From a virus (lineage: Duplodnaviria; Caudoviricetes): a DNA stretch of 35,143 nucleotides. Positions 23,915 through 33,876 of the stretch are shown one piece after another. The notes beneath the pieces are model-generated. The model searched no databases, was not told the origin of the DNA, and saw nothing but the letters and a program-made list of their open reading frames with translations. Location of the stretch: positions 1 to 35,143 of the IMG/VR virus record IMGVR_UViG_3300033067_001722, one strand, 5' to 3'. Positions within the stretch are counted from its first letter, which is position 1, and each line of letters starts with the position of its first letter. The position numbers and the translations under genes are program-made.

Positions 23915-25189
23915 ATGATCGAGCTGGCCGACAAGTGGACTAGACAGCCGCAGCGACCGACAGGCGTTTCTGCCGATTGGAAATCGCGCGGACTTGTCGC
24001 GCTGTTTGACACTAGGCGACAACTTGAGCTAGTCCATAACAATCCGGCGAGTTCCTCGGGAACGTCGTCGCGTCCAAGTCTTTTAGGCGTAACTGCTGAC
24101 TTTGCAACGACGGCAAGCCAGCGCTATTCGCACAGGCCGCCATACGCCACAACCGGCGCGCTAACCATCATTGCGTTTGGCGATGTTGCAGCGCTCACCG
24201 ACTACACGGCGATTATCGCCAAGCAGGCCACGACGACGACGTATGGCGCATATGAATTGCGCATGGGGGCCTCAGGCCCCACGGCTGGCGACCCGTTCTT
24301 TGTCCGCGCGGATGCAACTTCGTTTGGGTACGTCTACACATATGGGCTTGCCCTTGCGCCCGGCGTGTCGCAGGTAGTCTCGTTGCGCACTGCCGTAGGC
24401 TCCTCGAACGACACGGCCGCGGTGTTCGGGGTTGGCCGGTCTTTCGCTACGCTGGCCTCTGCTGGTGGTGGTCCTGTCGCCCCTGCTGACAATGGCTCTG
24501 ACGTCATCATCGGCGGCCGTTCCGATGGCGTAACGCACCTTAATGGGCGCCTCTACTATGTAGCGCTATTTAATCGGGCGCTGACTGACGGCGAAGTTCT
24601 GTCGATAGTTGCCAACCCTTGGCAGCTTTACGCCAAGCGTCCGAAGCGGCTATTCTTATCCGTTGGCGGCGGTGGAGGCGTTACCGGCACGGCCGCGGTT
24701 ACTCTTGGAAATGATACCTCCTCTGCAACTGGTACGACGACGGTAAAAGGCACCGCCGCCCCGACGCTGGGGAATGACACTTCTTCCGCGACGGGTGTTG
24801 TCGGTTCTGTTTCCGGAACCGCGGCGATTACCCTCGGCAACGATACTTCCTCTGCCCAGGGAACCACCTCAATCGGTGGAACCGGCGCGGTTACTCTCGG
24901 AAATGACACTTGCTCCGCTTCTGGCGCGGTTGGCTCCGCGATTACCGGCACCGCTGCCATTACCCTGGGAAATGACACCTCCAGCGCGACGGGCACAACG
25001 AAGATTCTCGGTTCCGCCGCGATTACGCTCGGCGCTGACTTCTCCACGACGCAGGGCACGACTAAAATCCTCGGCTCTGCGGCTATCACCCTCGGTGACG
25101 ATTTCGCCACGGCCTTCGGGACAAGCGGAACCCCGACGACCATAACTTCCCCCCGCGGACTCACTATTCGGATTGGACTGGCGCTATGA
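23915..25189 (+). CDS. LamG/concanavalin-like domain protein with C-terminal repeat stalk
   Basis: IIGGRSDG...LNGRLYYVALFNRALTDGEV is the LamG C-terminal motif. It is followed by a Gly linker and seven repeats of about 20-22 aa (GTAAxTLGNDTSSAxG). Confidence 0.75.
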   Translation: MIELADKWTRQPQRPTGVSADWKSRGLVALFDTRRQLELVHNNPASSSGTSSRPSLLGVTADFATTASQRYSHRPPYATTGALTIIAFGDVAALTDYTAIIAKQATTTTYGAYELRMGASGPTAGDPFFVRADATSFGYVYTYGLALAPGVSQVVSLRTAVGSSNDTAAVFGVGRSFATLASAGGGPVAPADNGSDVIIGGRSDGVTHLNGRLYYVALFNRALTDGEVLSIVANPWQLYAKRPKRLFLSVGGGGGVTGTAAVTLGNDTSSATGTTTVKGTAAPTLGNDTSSATGVVGSVSGTAAITLGNDTSSAQGTTSIGGTGAVTLGNDTCSASGAVGSAITGTAAITLGNDTSSATGTTKILGSAAITLGADFSTTQGTTKILGSAAITLGDDFATAFGTSGTPTTITSPRGLTIRIGLAL

Positions 25190-25683
25190 ATTTCTCCCAA
25201 GCGTTTGATATTCTCCTCTCCCCGAGCCATGAGGGGGAATATTCTCCTCCCCGCGCTGGTGATCCGGGTGGGGAGACCAAGTTCGGCATCTCCAAGCGGA
25301 GTTATCCGCATCTCGATATCCCCAACCTCACGAGGGAGCAGGTGAAGCCAATTTACCTCCATGACTATTGGGGGCCGGCTGGCTGCGACGCAGTTCCGAA
25401 GCTTCTCAAATTCTCCCTCTTCGACTTTGCTGTTAATTCCGGCTGCAAACCCGCTGTGAAGGAACTCCAAAAGCTCGTGGGAGAATTTCCCGACGGCATC
25501 ATCGGCCCGAGGACTCTCGGCGGGATTGAAATGTGGGACCCGTTGGAACTCGCAATCACTTATAACCTAACCCGCCTTGATTTCATGACCTCCCTCGCAA
25601 ATTGGGTCGCCAACTCGAAAGGCTGGACTCGCCGTATTAACTCCAACATCCGCCTAATCTTTCAGGAGGCGCATAAGCCATGA
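25186..25683 (+). CDS. Endolysin, glycoside hydrolase family 108 with peptidoglycan-binding domain
   Basis: Contains HEGEY...DPGGETKFGIS, FDFAVNSG, DGIIGPRTL and KGWTRR. Confidence 0.9.
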   Translation: MNFSQAFDILLSPSHEGEYSPPRAGDPGGETKFGISKRSYPHLDIPNLTREQVKPIYLHDYWGPAGCDAVPKLLKFSLFDFAVNSGCKPAVKELQKLVGEFPDGIIGPRTLGGIEMWDPLELAITYNLTRLDFMTSLANWVANSKGWTRRINSNIRLIFQEAHKP

Positions 25684-26084
25684 ATCCGCTGCTCATTTCC
25701 CCGATTCTCGAGATTGGAAAAGCGATCCTCGACCGCTTCGGCCCGGAGGATAAGGCTGAAAAGCTCAAGGCCGAGGCTGAGTTCCTGAAAATGGCCGCTG
25801 ATGGCGAACTCAAGCAGATTATCGCTCAACTCCAAATCAACGCCCAGGAAGCGGCGCATCCTTCGATTTTCGTCGCGGGTTGGCGCCCCTTCTTCGGCTG
25901 GAGCGGTGGGGTTGGGTTTATCTACGCGACAATTATCCAACCCCTCCTTGCGTGGTATAGCACGATACACAATATTCCCGTCCCTCCGACCCTTAATATG
26001 GACCTCCTCTGGGTCGTTATCACCGGTATGCTCGGAATCGGCGGCCTCCGTACCTTTGAAAAAGCTAAAAGAGTCACGAAATGA
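25680..26084 (+). CDS. Holin (3TM gene-transfer-agent holin family)
   Basis: Contains INAQEAAHPSIFVAGWRPFFGW and GMLGIGGLRTFEK. Confidence 0.85.
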   Translation: MNPLLISPILEIGKAILDRFGPEDKAEKLKAEAEFLKMAADGELKQIIAQLQINAQEAAHPSIFVAGWRPFFGWSGGVGFIYATIIQPLLAWYSTIHNIPVPPTLNMDLLWVVITGMLGIGGLRTFEKAKRVTK

Positions 26085-26281
26085 GGCGTCCTCCCCGCAT
26101 TGAAGTTCGGCAATCGACAGACGGCTATTGGTATGTCACTATTCTTGCCGCGAACAACCGGAAACTCTACCACGCTGGTGGGTACAATTCCGCGAGAAAC
26201 GCCGAACGCTCTCTTACCGCTCTCCATTCCGCCCTTTGGCATGGGGAATCCTTCCGCATCCCTTCTCCGAAAAGGAAATAA
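26081..26281 (+). CDS. DUF1508/YegP-like small protein
   Basis: DGYWYVTILAANNRKL...GYNSARNA matches the DUF1508 pattern. Confidence 0.65.
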   Translation: MRRPPRIEVRQSTDGYWYVTILAANNRKLYHAGGYNSARNAERSLTALHSALWHGESFRIPSPKRK

Positions 26282-26283
26282 TC

Positions 26284-26637
26284 ATGGGCTTTCTCGAAGA
26301 ACTCTTTAATCCAAAACTCACCGCCGAGCGGCGTCTCGCGAAAGAAGGCGAGAGCATGAATCAGGGTGTTATGGCGAAACAGCAGCTTCCCATGCCGCCG
26401 CAAGCTCCGCCGCCGCAGGTTGGGCAGAATAGCCTCTCGACAATGCCTTCCGTTCCGGCGGGGATGACTCTCGCTCAATTCCAAGCCCAACAAGCCGCCG
26501 AGCAGCAGAAGAAAATGGAAATCGCGAAAGCAATGGCCGCGATGCAGGCGCAGGGTGGTTCTCCCGGCGCTGTCGCACAGCCGATGCCGCAGGCTCCGCA
26601 GAAACCGCTCCGCGTTCCGTACAACGTCCCTCGGTAA
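26284..26637 (+). CDS. Q/P/M-rich low-complexity protein
   Basis: 117 aa starting MGFLEELF, with an AAGGA Shine-Dalgarno. Confidence 0.6.
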   Translation: MGFLEELFNPKLTAERRLAKEGESMNQGVMAKQQLPMPPQAPPPQVGQNSLSTMPSVPAGMTLAQFQAQQAAEQQKKMEIAKAMAAMQAQGGSPGAVAQPMPQAPQKPLRVPYNVPR

Positions 26638-26639
26638 AA

Positions 26640-28088
26640 ATGGCCGCTTCTCCCGAAATCATCTGGAAACCTCTGCCGGGGCCTCAGACCGACTTGATTC
26701 GGTGCCCCTGCTTTGAGGTTTTCTACGGCGGTGCTCGGGGAGGCGGAAAAACCGAGGGCTCGATTGGCGACTGGTTTAACCACGCCCAACTCTACGGGGA
26801 AAATGCTGCGGGCCTCTTCGTCCGGAGGAAGCTAACCCAGCTTACTGACGCGATTAAAAGGTTCCGCCGGTATGGTGCGAAAATCGGCGCGAAATGGTTC
26901 GAGCAGAAGAAAGAACTCCACATGCCCAATGGGGCGGTGTTGAAATTCGCCTATCTCGATTCCGACGACGATGCGGAAGAATACCAGGGCCACGAATACA
27001 CCCGGGTTTACATCGAAGAAATCACCAATTTCCCCTTCCCGAGTCCGATCATGAAGCTAAAAGGTACTCTCCGGAGTGCGAAAGGCGTCCCCTGCGGAAT
27101 GCGGGCGACGGGAAACCCTGGCGGGCCTGGCCACCATTGGGTAAAAGCTCGCTACATCGACCCTGCGCCGAAGGGCTACAAAGTAATCGCAGAGGAAGAA
27201 GAAATCCAAGTCGGCCCGGACGAATTCGTCATGGCTGTTATTGAGCGGGTATTTATCCCCGCGAAGTTGCAGGATAATCCCGAGTTGCTCAAGAACGATC
27301 CGACGTATATCATGCGTCTGCGGGAAACTGGCTCGGAAACCCTTGTCAAAGCTTGGCTGGAAGGGGATTGGAATGGCGTCGATGGGACTTTCTTTTCTGA
27401 GTTCTCGGAGCAACGGCATGTATTGGCCGGAAAGTTGGTTCTGCCCGAACACTGGACCAAATTTCGGGCGATGGACTGGGGTTCAGCGGCTCCTTTTTCA
27501 GTCGGTTGGTACGCTGTCGCTGACGGAACCACCGAGCTTCCCCGTAACGCTCTCGTCAAATTCGCCGAATGGTACGGCTGGAACGGGAAACCAAACGTCG
27601 GCCTAAAAATGTCCGCGAATCTCGTTGCGCAGGGGATCATGCGGAGGGAAAAGTCCTTCGGGCGAATCACCTACGGAGTCGCGGATCCCTCGATTTTCAG
27701 CAACAATGGCGGTCCGTCCATTGCTGAAATGATGATCGTCGAAGGCTGTTCTTGGTTCCGGGGAGATAATGCTCGCCAAGCTGGCTGGGAACAACTCCGC
27801 AAACGCCTCGCCGCGGAAACGCCCCTCATCTACTTCCACGAAAGCTGCGAGAATACAATCCGCACTCTTCCGTATCTTCAGCATGATGATAAAAACCCTG
27901 AAGACCTCGACACCGATGCGGAAGACCACGCCGCGGATGAAACCCGATACGCTATCATGTCCCGGCCGATGACCCGGGACGAGACAAAAGCCCGCGGGCC
28001 TCTCGACCTTTCAAACGCCCGGCCTCTCCCGACTATTAACGAACTCCTCAAACGGCAAAAAGCCCGCTCTCTGGAAAACGTACTATGA
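26640..28088 (+). CDS. terL: Terminase large subunit
   Basis: Contains YGGARGGGKT (Walker A), VYIEE (Walker B), TGNPGG, nuclease MDWG and EDHAADETRY. Confidence 0.95.
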   Translation: MAASPEIIWKPLPGPQTDLIRCPCFEVFYGGARGGGKTEGSIGDWFNHAQLYGENAAGLFVRRKLTQLTDAIKRFRRYGAKIGAKWFEQKKELHMPNGAVLKFAYLDSDDDAEEYQGHEYTRVYIEEITNFPFPSPIMKLKGTLRSAKGVPCGMRATGNPGGPGHHWVKARYIDPAPKGYKVIAEEEEIQVGPDEFVMAVIERVFIPAKLQDNPELLKNDPTYIMRLRETGSETLVKAWLEGDWNGVDGTFFSEFSEQRHVLAGKLVLPEHWTKFRAMDWGSAAPFSVGWYAVADGTTELPRNALVKFAEWYGWNGKPNVGLKMSANLVAQGIMRREKSFGRITYGVADPSIFSNNGGPSIAEMMIVEGCSWFRGDNARQAGWEQLRKRLAAETPLIYFHESCENTIRTLPYLQHDDKNPEDLDTDAEDHAADETRYAIMSRPMTRDETKARGPLDLSNARPLPTINELLKRQKARSLENVL

Positions 28089-30121
28089 GCCTCGAAAACC
28101 AAACCGAAATCGAAAACGGCGCTCCGGAAGCGGAGGATGACGAAATGCGTGAGGCCGCGCGGAAGAAAAAGGCGCTAGAATATCTCGACGTGATTAAAGC
28201 CCGGGAGAAGGAATTCGAGACCGGCTGGTGGAAAAGCGCGAAGAATTCATACAATCTTTATGCCCAACCTGCGAAGGAACCGGGGGAGAAGAATACATCC
28301 GCGTATAACATCCTCTATTCCAACACAGAAGTTCTTGTCCCTTCCCTCTATTCCGCCACGGCGAAACCCGATGTCCGTGCGCGATTCCGCGACACCGTAC
28401 TAAAACCAATCCCCGAGGTTATCGAGCGTTTCCTCGTAATCGCAACTGATGGCTGCCAGCCCGGCGCGGAAAGCTTCGATGACGCAATTAAAGACACGGT
28501 TCTTTCCTCCCTTGTTGCCGCCAGCGGCGTTACGCGCCTGCGTCTTTATGAGGATCAGGAATTCCCGCTTCAGTATGAATCCGTGGCTTATAAGGATTTC
28601 CTCTGGGGGAAGGCGAAGAAGTGGGCCCGCGTTCCTTGGATTAGTTTCGCCTACGACCTCACAAAAGAGGAGGTTATCAAGCAATTCAAACTGAGTGAGG
28701 ATGAATATACCGAGCAATACTTCCCCGGCGCAACGGTTGCAGGAGAAGAGAAGAAAACCTGCCGGGTTTACGAATACTGGTGCAAGGAAACTCGTGAAGT
28801 CTGGTTCCTCTCCGAAGATTGGAGGGAATCGGTGCTGTATATCGCCCCCGATCCGATGGGGTTGAAAGGCTTTTTCCCAACGCCGGGGCCTTTGCTGCTG
28901 ACGTTGAAGCCCGGAGAACTTGAGCCGATTCCGTTGTATGAATACTACCGTAACCAAGCGGAAGAACTGAACCGCGTTACGACTCGGCTGAATAAGGTCC
29001 TCTCCGCTATTCGCGTTCGCGGGGCTTATTCCTCCCTTCTCGGTGATGACATGGCGAAGATTCTCGCCGATGGAGAAATGGAAAATGGGCTTGTCCCAGC
29101 TAGTGAATCCGCAATGCTTGCGCAAGGAGGTGGTTTTGAAAAACTCATTTGGATGCTCCCGCTCGATAAGCTCATCGCCGTGGCTACGCAACTATATCAA
29201 GCACGAGCGCAGATTAAGCAAGTTATCTACGAACTCACGGGGATTTCGGACATTATCCGAGGCTCGAATGTTGCGTCGGAAACAGCTACTGCTACCACTA
29301 CGAAGGATAAATGGGGTACAATCCGGCTTCGTAAGATGCAAACTGCTGTCGCCAATTACGTCCGGGATCTTTTTCGACTGTCTGTCGATTGCGGAGCAGC
29401 GAAAGTACCTGCGGAAACTTGGAAGAAACTCGTCCAGCTTCCGATCCCCCTCCAAGCTGAAAAGGCAGCCGCTCAGCAGCAGATGAATTATCAAATGCAG
29501 GTAGCCATTTCCCAGGGGCAGCAGCCGCAACCCGATCCGAAAATCACGCAGCTTCTGCAAACTCCATCGTTGGAAGAGGTCCTTCAGAAAATCAACTCCG
29601 ATGTTGATCGGACTTTCACGATTAACATTCAGACTTCCTCCACTATTGACCTTGACACTTCCCAAGATAAGGCCGAAGTTTCCGAATTCATGAACGCGAT
29701 GGGGCAACTTCTCGCCGGGCTTCAGCCGCTGGCCGCACTCGGCCCGACTGGTCTCGAAGCGGCGAAAACTATCCTCGTCTCGGTCTGCAAGAGATATAAA
29801 TTCGGCCTTGGAATCGTCGATTCTATCGAAGCCATCCAACCGCCTCCCCCGCCGCAGGAGGAAAAGCCAACCGGCCCGCCTCCGCCGAGTCCGGAGGAAA
29901 CCGCCGCGATTCAAGCCGAGGCCCAGGCAAAACTTGCCAAGGTCCAAGCCGATCTCGAGATTATCGCCGCGAAGAAAGAGTACGAACTCGCCAAAATCGC
30001 CCACGATCGGGAGATGCTGGCCATCGAACTTGAACGCGCGCAATTGAGCATTGCTGCGTCAAAGGCTAAAGTCACTTCCCAATCGGTGAAACAAAATGCC
30101 CCTCTACGCAACCCGGTGTAA
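28085..30121 (+). CDS. Portal protein
   Basis: 678 aa after terL, with YNILYSN...PSLYS, YELTGISDIIRG and a C-terminal coiled-coil barrel. Confidence 0.88.
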   Translation: MSLENQTEIENGAPEAEDDEMREAARKKKALEYLDVIKAREKEFETGWWKSAKNSYNLYAQPAKEPGEKNTSAYNILYSNTEVLVPSLYSATAKPDVRARFRDTVLKPIPEVIERFLVIATDGCQPGAESFDDAIKDTVLSSLVAASGVTRLRLYEDQEFPLQYESVAYKDFLWGKAKKWARVPWISFAYDLTKEEVIKQFKLSEDEYTEQYFPGATVAGEEKKTCRVYEYWCKETREVWFLSEDWRESVLYIAPDPMGLKGFFPTPGPLLLTLKPGELEPIPLYEYYRNQAEELNRVTTRLNKVLSAIRVRGAYSSLLGDDMAKILADGEMENGLVPASESAMLAQGGGFEKLIWMLPLDKLIAVATQLYQARAQIKQVIYELTGISDIIRGSNVASETATATTTKDKWGTIRLRKMQTAVANYVRDLFRLSVDCGAAKVPAETWKKLVQLPIPLQAEKAAAQQQMNYQMQVAISQGQQPQPDPKITQLLQTPSLEEVLQKINSDVDRTFTINIQTSSTIDLDTSQDKAEVSEFMNAMGQLLAGLQPLAALGPTGLEAAKTILVSVCKRYKFGLGIVDSIEAIQPPPPPQEEKPTGPPPPSPEETAAIQAEAQAKLAKVQADLEIIAAKKEYELAKIAHDREMLAIELERAQLSIAASKAKVTSQSVKQNAPLRNPV

Positions 30122-30464
30122 AACCTGTTCCGACGACGACACTATCTGGCGTCGGATCGAAGAGCGCGATAATCTCCCCCTCTGCCGTAAATGCCAGGGG
30201 GAGGTTTTTCGCATCATCTCCGCGCCGAGTTTGCTCCCCGAAATCGCTCCTTTTATTTCCCCGAACTCCGATAAACTCATCGATTCCCGGGCGAAATGGC
30301 GTGAAGATTTAAAACGCTCCGGAGCAATCCCCTGGGAACCGGGGCTGAATGAGCAAATCTCCCGAAACCGGGAGTACGCGAAGGAAAAAGCTTTCAAACC
30401 CATTGCTGACGCAGTGGATAACGCAGTGGCCGCGGCCGTTGCTTCTGGTAAACTGGAGACCTAA
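30096..30464 (+). CDS. FmdB-like zinc-ribbon protein
   Basis: MPLYATRCKTC...CRKCQG...RIISAP. Confidence 0.75.
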   Translation: MPLYATRCKTCSDDDTIWRRIEERDNLPLCRKCQGEVFRIISAPSLLPEIAPFISPNSDKLIDSRAKWREDLKRSGAIPWEPGLNEQISRNREYAKEKAFKPIADAVDNAVAAAVASGKLET

Positions 30465-30467
30465 CTC

Positions 30468-31409
30468 ATGGAAGATGATATCAGCCCTAGCGAAATCGCG
30501 GAAGCGATTGGCAAGGACCTTTTCTCCTCGGACGAGGGGGATAAAGGCACAGAACAAGTCGCCGCTCCCGCTCTCGGGGACACTTCTCCCGCTATTCCCG
30601 ATCCCCAGCCTGGTCTGACCGCGGCGGAAATCCGCGCTTTGCCGAAATCCTGGCGGAAGGAATACGAAGAGCATTGGAAAAAGGCTCCGCGGGAGATTCA
30701 AGATTACGTCTACCAGCGGGAAGACCAATTCCATAAGGGAATTCAGCAATACCAAGGGGGTTACCAGCAATGGAACTCCCTAATGCAGCCATATCAGCAG
30801 CTTTTGCAACAGCATCCGAATGTTAACCCTGTTGAGATTCTCCAGGGCCTGTTCAACGCGCATTTGCAGCTTCTCTCCTCTCCGCCGGAGCAGAGGAAAA
30901 CCCTTGCCGCGCAGATGATGCAGGCGTATGGGATCGACCTTTCCGGAAATCCGCAGCAGCAGGGAGAAACCGACCCGCGGTTGGGCCAAGCCCTTGAAAA
31001 AGCCGCCCGGCTTGAAGCTCGAATTGCTCAAATCGAAGGCAATCTCACCGCGCAACAACGCGCCGCTTACGAATCCGAGCTAAACAAAAACCTCTCCGTC
31101 GTGGAAGCTTTTGCTTCCAACCCGAAGAACAAATATTGGTCCGAAGTGGCAACCGACGTTCATCGGTTCCTTTCGACTAAAGCCGCCGCGGATCTTGAAT
31201 CCGCTTATGAACTTGCCTGCTATGCGAATCCTGTCGTGCGCGCTAAAATCCTGGCCGAACAGCCAGCCGATGGCGCCCCGGGCAAACAGTCGCAAGGTGG
31301 GAAATTCCCCAACATCACGCCGTCGGGTGCCGCTCCGCGTAAACAACGCACCGGAACCATCGACGACACGATTAACGGGATTGTCGCGAAACACTATTCC
31401 ACCCATTAA
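30468..31409 (+). CDS. Capsid scaffolding protein
   Basis: Acidic and helical with PKSW...W, LESAYELA; located just before the major capsid gene. Confidence 0.75.
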   Translation: MEDDISPSEIAEAIGKDLFSSDEGDKGTEQVAAPALGDTSPAIPDPQPGLTAAEIRALPKSWRKEYEEHWKKAPREIQDYVYQREDQFHKGIQQYQGGYQQWNSLMQPYQQLLQQHPNVNPVEILQGLFNAHLQLLSSPPEQRKTLAAQMMQAYGIDLSGNPQQQGETDPRLGQALEKAARLEARIAQIEGNLTAQQRAAYESELNKNLSVVEAFASNPKNKYWSEVATDVHRFLSTKAAADLESAYELACYANPVVRAKILAEQPADGAPGKQSQGGKFPNITPSGAAPRKQRTGTIDDTINGIVAKHYSTH

Positions 31410-31422
31410 GGACTGTTAAATC

Positions 31423-32400
31423 ATGGCCTCTCCAAATAGCGTCTTCACCGAGATTGTCTCGACGACCTTCCGCAACCATGCGAAGGAAATCGCGGATAAC
31501 TTCTCGAAGCATAATGCCCTCTATCGCCGCATCGCGCAGAAGGGCAAAACCCGCAGTGAAAGCGGCGGCTACTCCATCGTGCAGCCGCTGGAATACGCCG
31601 CCAACGGCACGTACCAGCGGTATTCCGGCTTCGACGTTCTGAACGTTGCGCAGTCGGACGTCTTCACCGCTGCGGAATTCAACTGGCGGCAAATCGCTAT
31701 CAACGTCGTTTCCTCGGGGTATGAACTCCGCGTGAACGCCGGTGCGCAGCGAATCGCCAATCTTGCGAAGTCTCGCATCAAGAATGCGATCCACACCTTC
31801 GCGAATAACTTCTCCGCCGATATGTACGGGGATGGTACTCTCACCAACCAAATCGATGGTTTGCAGAAGATCGTCGCTGACGCTGGCACGGGTACTGTTG
31901 GCGGTATTAACTCCTCGACCTGGAGCTTCTGGCAGAATAAGGTGCAGTCTGCCGCCGCTCCATTGCAAGGTGGCGCGGGTATTACCCCGTCGGGCACGCA
32001 AGGCATCATGGAAAGCCTCATGCTTCCCCTGTGGATCGAACTGACCCGGGGTAATGACAAGCCCGACCTGATCGTCGCGTCGAACGATTACTTCACGTTC
32101 TACGAAACGGGTTTGGTTTCTACCAAGCGTTATGTCGATGAGCAGGAAGCTTCGGGCGGTTTCACCTCCCTGCAATACAAGGGCGTCCCGGTGATCTTCG
32201 ACGGTAACTCTGGCATGGCCGCCGCTCATATGTATTTCCTTAACACGAACTACATCGAGATGGTGACCCATTCCGACGCAAACATGACCGTTATGGATGA
32301 GGCGAAGCCTTATAACCAAGACGCCGTGGTCGTGCCAATCCTCTGGATGGGTAACATGGTCTGTTCGAATCGCGCCCTGCAAGGCGTGGTCAAGGCCTAA
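31423..32400 (+). CDS. Major capsid protein
   Basis: 325 aa, strongly codon-biased. Contains IADNFSKHNAL, SGGYSIVQPLEY, YGDGT, PDLIV and NRALQGV. Confidence 0.9.
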   Translation: MASPNSVFTEIVSTTFRNHAKEIADNFSKHNALYRRIAQKGKTRSESGGYSIVQPLEYAANGTYQRYSGFDVLNVAQSDVFTAAEFNWRQIAINVVSSGYELRVNAGAQRIANLAKSRIKNAIHTFANNFSADMYGDGTLTNQIDGLQKIVADAGTGTVGGINSSTWSFWQNKVQSAAAPLQGGAGITPSGTQGIMESLMLPLWIELTRGNDKPDLIVASNDYFTFYETGLVSTKRYVDEQEASGGFTSLQYKGVPVIFDGNSGMAAAHMYFLNTNYIEMVTHSDANMTVMDEAKPYNQDAVVVPILWMGNMVCSNRALQGVVKA

Positions 32401-32430
32401 TCCCAACTTCTTCTCAAAAGGAAATAAATC

Positions 32431-33183
32431 ATGCGTCTCGCTCCAATTACCGGAATCGTCGGCTCGCTGCTGGACTTTTCCGCTTCGGAAGACTATACTT
32501 CAACGACTTCGGGCTATACGGGCATTGCCCCGGGCACGATTATCCAAGCGGCTCCGACCGATGGCATCGATACCGGCTCGAACGTTCCGAACTGGATCGC
32601 GAGTGAACTGATGTACGTGGTGAATACCTCGTCCAGCACGTTTGCTCCGGGCCGGCTCGTCCACATCGATAAAAACGGTGCCATTCTCGATATGCCGAAC
32701 ACGGCCAATACCGGCCGCCCGGTGTACGTCTGCCTGACCAACTTCTCCGCGGGTAATACCACTACCCAAGGCGGGTGGGTTCTGCGCCGGGGTATCGCTC
32801 CGGTTTCGTACTCCGCAGCGGCTACTGCCGGGGCGATGTATTTCGCCGCGGCTGGCCAAGCGACGCCGACTCTTACCGCCGGTAAGAACCTCCTGAATGC
32901 CACCTGCCTGATCGCGGCGGCGTCGGCGTTTACCCGGACCTGCACCACGAAGAATGGCTCGAACCAACTCTTCGTCGGCCGCAGCCAGGGCATTTTCATC
33001 GGCCAAACGCCCTCCGGTACTGGTATCGCCGCTTCGACGGTTACCGGAATTTCGCCTGACGGCCAGTACGTCACCCTCTCGGCGAATATGACGGCCTCGG
33101 GCACTGTCACGGTGACTTTTACCCCGACGAACTTCGGTATCTGCCATCTGGATAACGCCTTCGTCCAAGGTAACATCACTTAA
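32431..33183 (+). CDS. Capsid decoration/minor capsid protein
   Basis: 250 aa immediately after the major capsid gene, beta-rich, followed by a terminator. Confidence 0.6.
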   Translation: MRLAPITGIVGSLLDFSASEDYTSTTSGYTGIAPGTIIQAAPTDGIDTGSNVPNWIASELMYVVNTSSSTFAPGRLVHIDKNGAILDMPNTANTGRPVYVCLTNFSAGNTTTQGGWVLRRGIAPVSYSAAATAGAMYFAAAGQATPTLTAGKNLLNATCLIAAASAFTRTCTTKNGSNQLFVGRSQGIFIGQTPSGTGIAASTVTGISPDGQYVTLSANMTASGTVTVTFTPTNFGICHLDNAFVQGNIT

Positions 33184-33191
33184 TCCACTTC

Positions 33192-33262
33192 GGGGGAGGG
33201 GAGTCAGTCGCTCCGGCGATTGTCTCCCGTTGGAGGGGTTGGCTCTCCCTCCCCCACTTTTT
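33192..33262 (+). terminator. Rho-independent terminator-like long hairpin
   Basis: GGGGGAGGGGAGTCAG...TTGGCTCTCCCTCCCCC followed by ACTTTTT. Confidence 0.65.
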
Positions 33263-33279
33263 CCCAGGAGACTTCCCCC

Positions 33280-33873
33280 ATGAGTGTTGATAACGAACGT
33301 CCGCCGTATGTTGTTTTTGAAGTTCGCTCGGTCGAAGATCGAAATGCGAGCATCGAAGCCGGCCATTACGTTGCGAAGGACGTGAACTTCGCCATCGTCA
33401 CCAGGCCAGGATCGAGGGATTCCCTCGAAATCGAAGCTGAATCCTGGCTTGCTTCTCTCAAACAAAAGGGCTCCGGGCCGAATCCCGTGATCCCGCCGAA
33501 TTGGTATAAGGGCTTCCAAGCCGCTTATGATGAGTGGAAGAAGGGCAATATCCTTCCCGCGCATGGAACCCCGATTAAAGGCTGGGGCGTGCTTTCCCCG
33601 TCTCTCCAGGAAACCCTCATCCGCGGCGGCTTCCTTACCGTCGAGGACCTCGCGCAAGCGGGCGATTCCGAACTCGCGAATGTCGGAACTGGCGGAATCT
33701 CCCTCAAGCTCAAAGCCCAAGCTTGGCTTGAAGCTGCCGCCAACGCCGGGAAAAGCGCCGAGCGCGTTACCGAACTCGCGCAGAAAGTCGCTGACCTGAC
33801 CGCTCTCGTGGAGAAGCTCCTCGAAGAGAATAAAGCCCTCAAGGCCGCGAAACCCGCTACTATCAAGGCGTAA
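33280..33873 (+). CDS. Conserved morphogenesis-region protein with HhH-like motif
   Basis: 197 aa starting MSVDNERPP, with GTPIKGW, FLTVEDLA and a C-terminal coiled coil. Confidence 0.7.
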   Translation: MSVDNERPPYVVFEVRSVEDRNASIEAGHYVAKDVNFAIVTRPGSRDSLEIEAESWLASLKQKGSGPNPVIPPNWYKGFQAAYDEWKKGNILPAHGTPIKGWGVLSPSLQETLIRGGFLTVEDLAQAGDSELANVGTGGISLKLKAQAWLEAAANAGKSAERVTELAQKVADLTALVEKLLEENKALKAAKPATIKA

Positions 33874-33876
33874 AGA

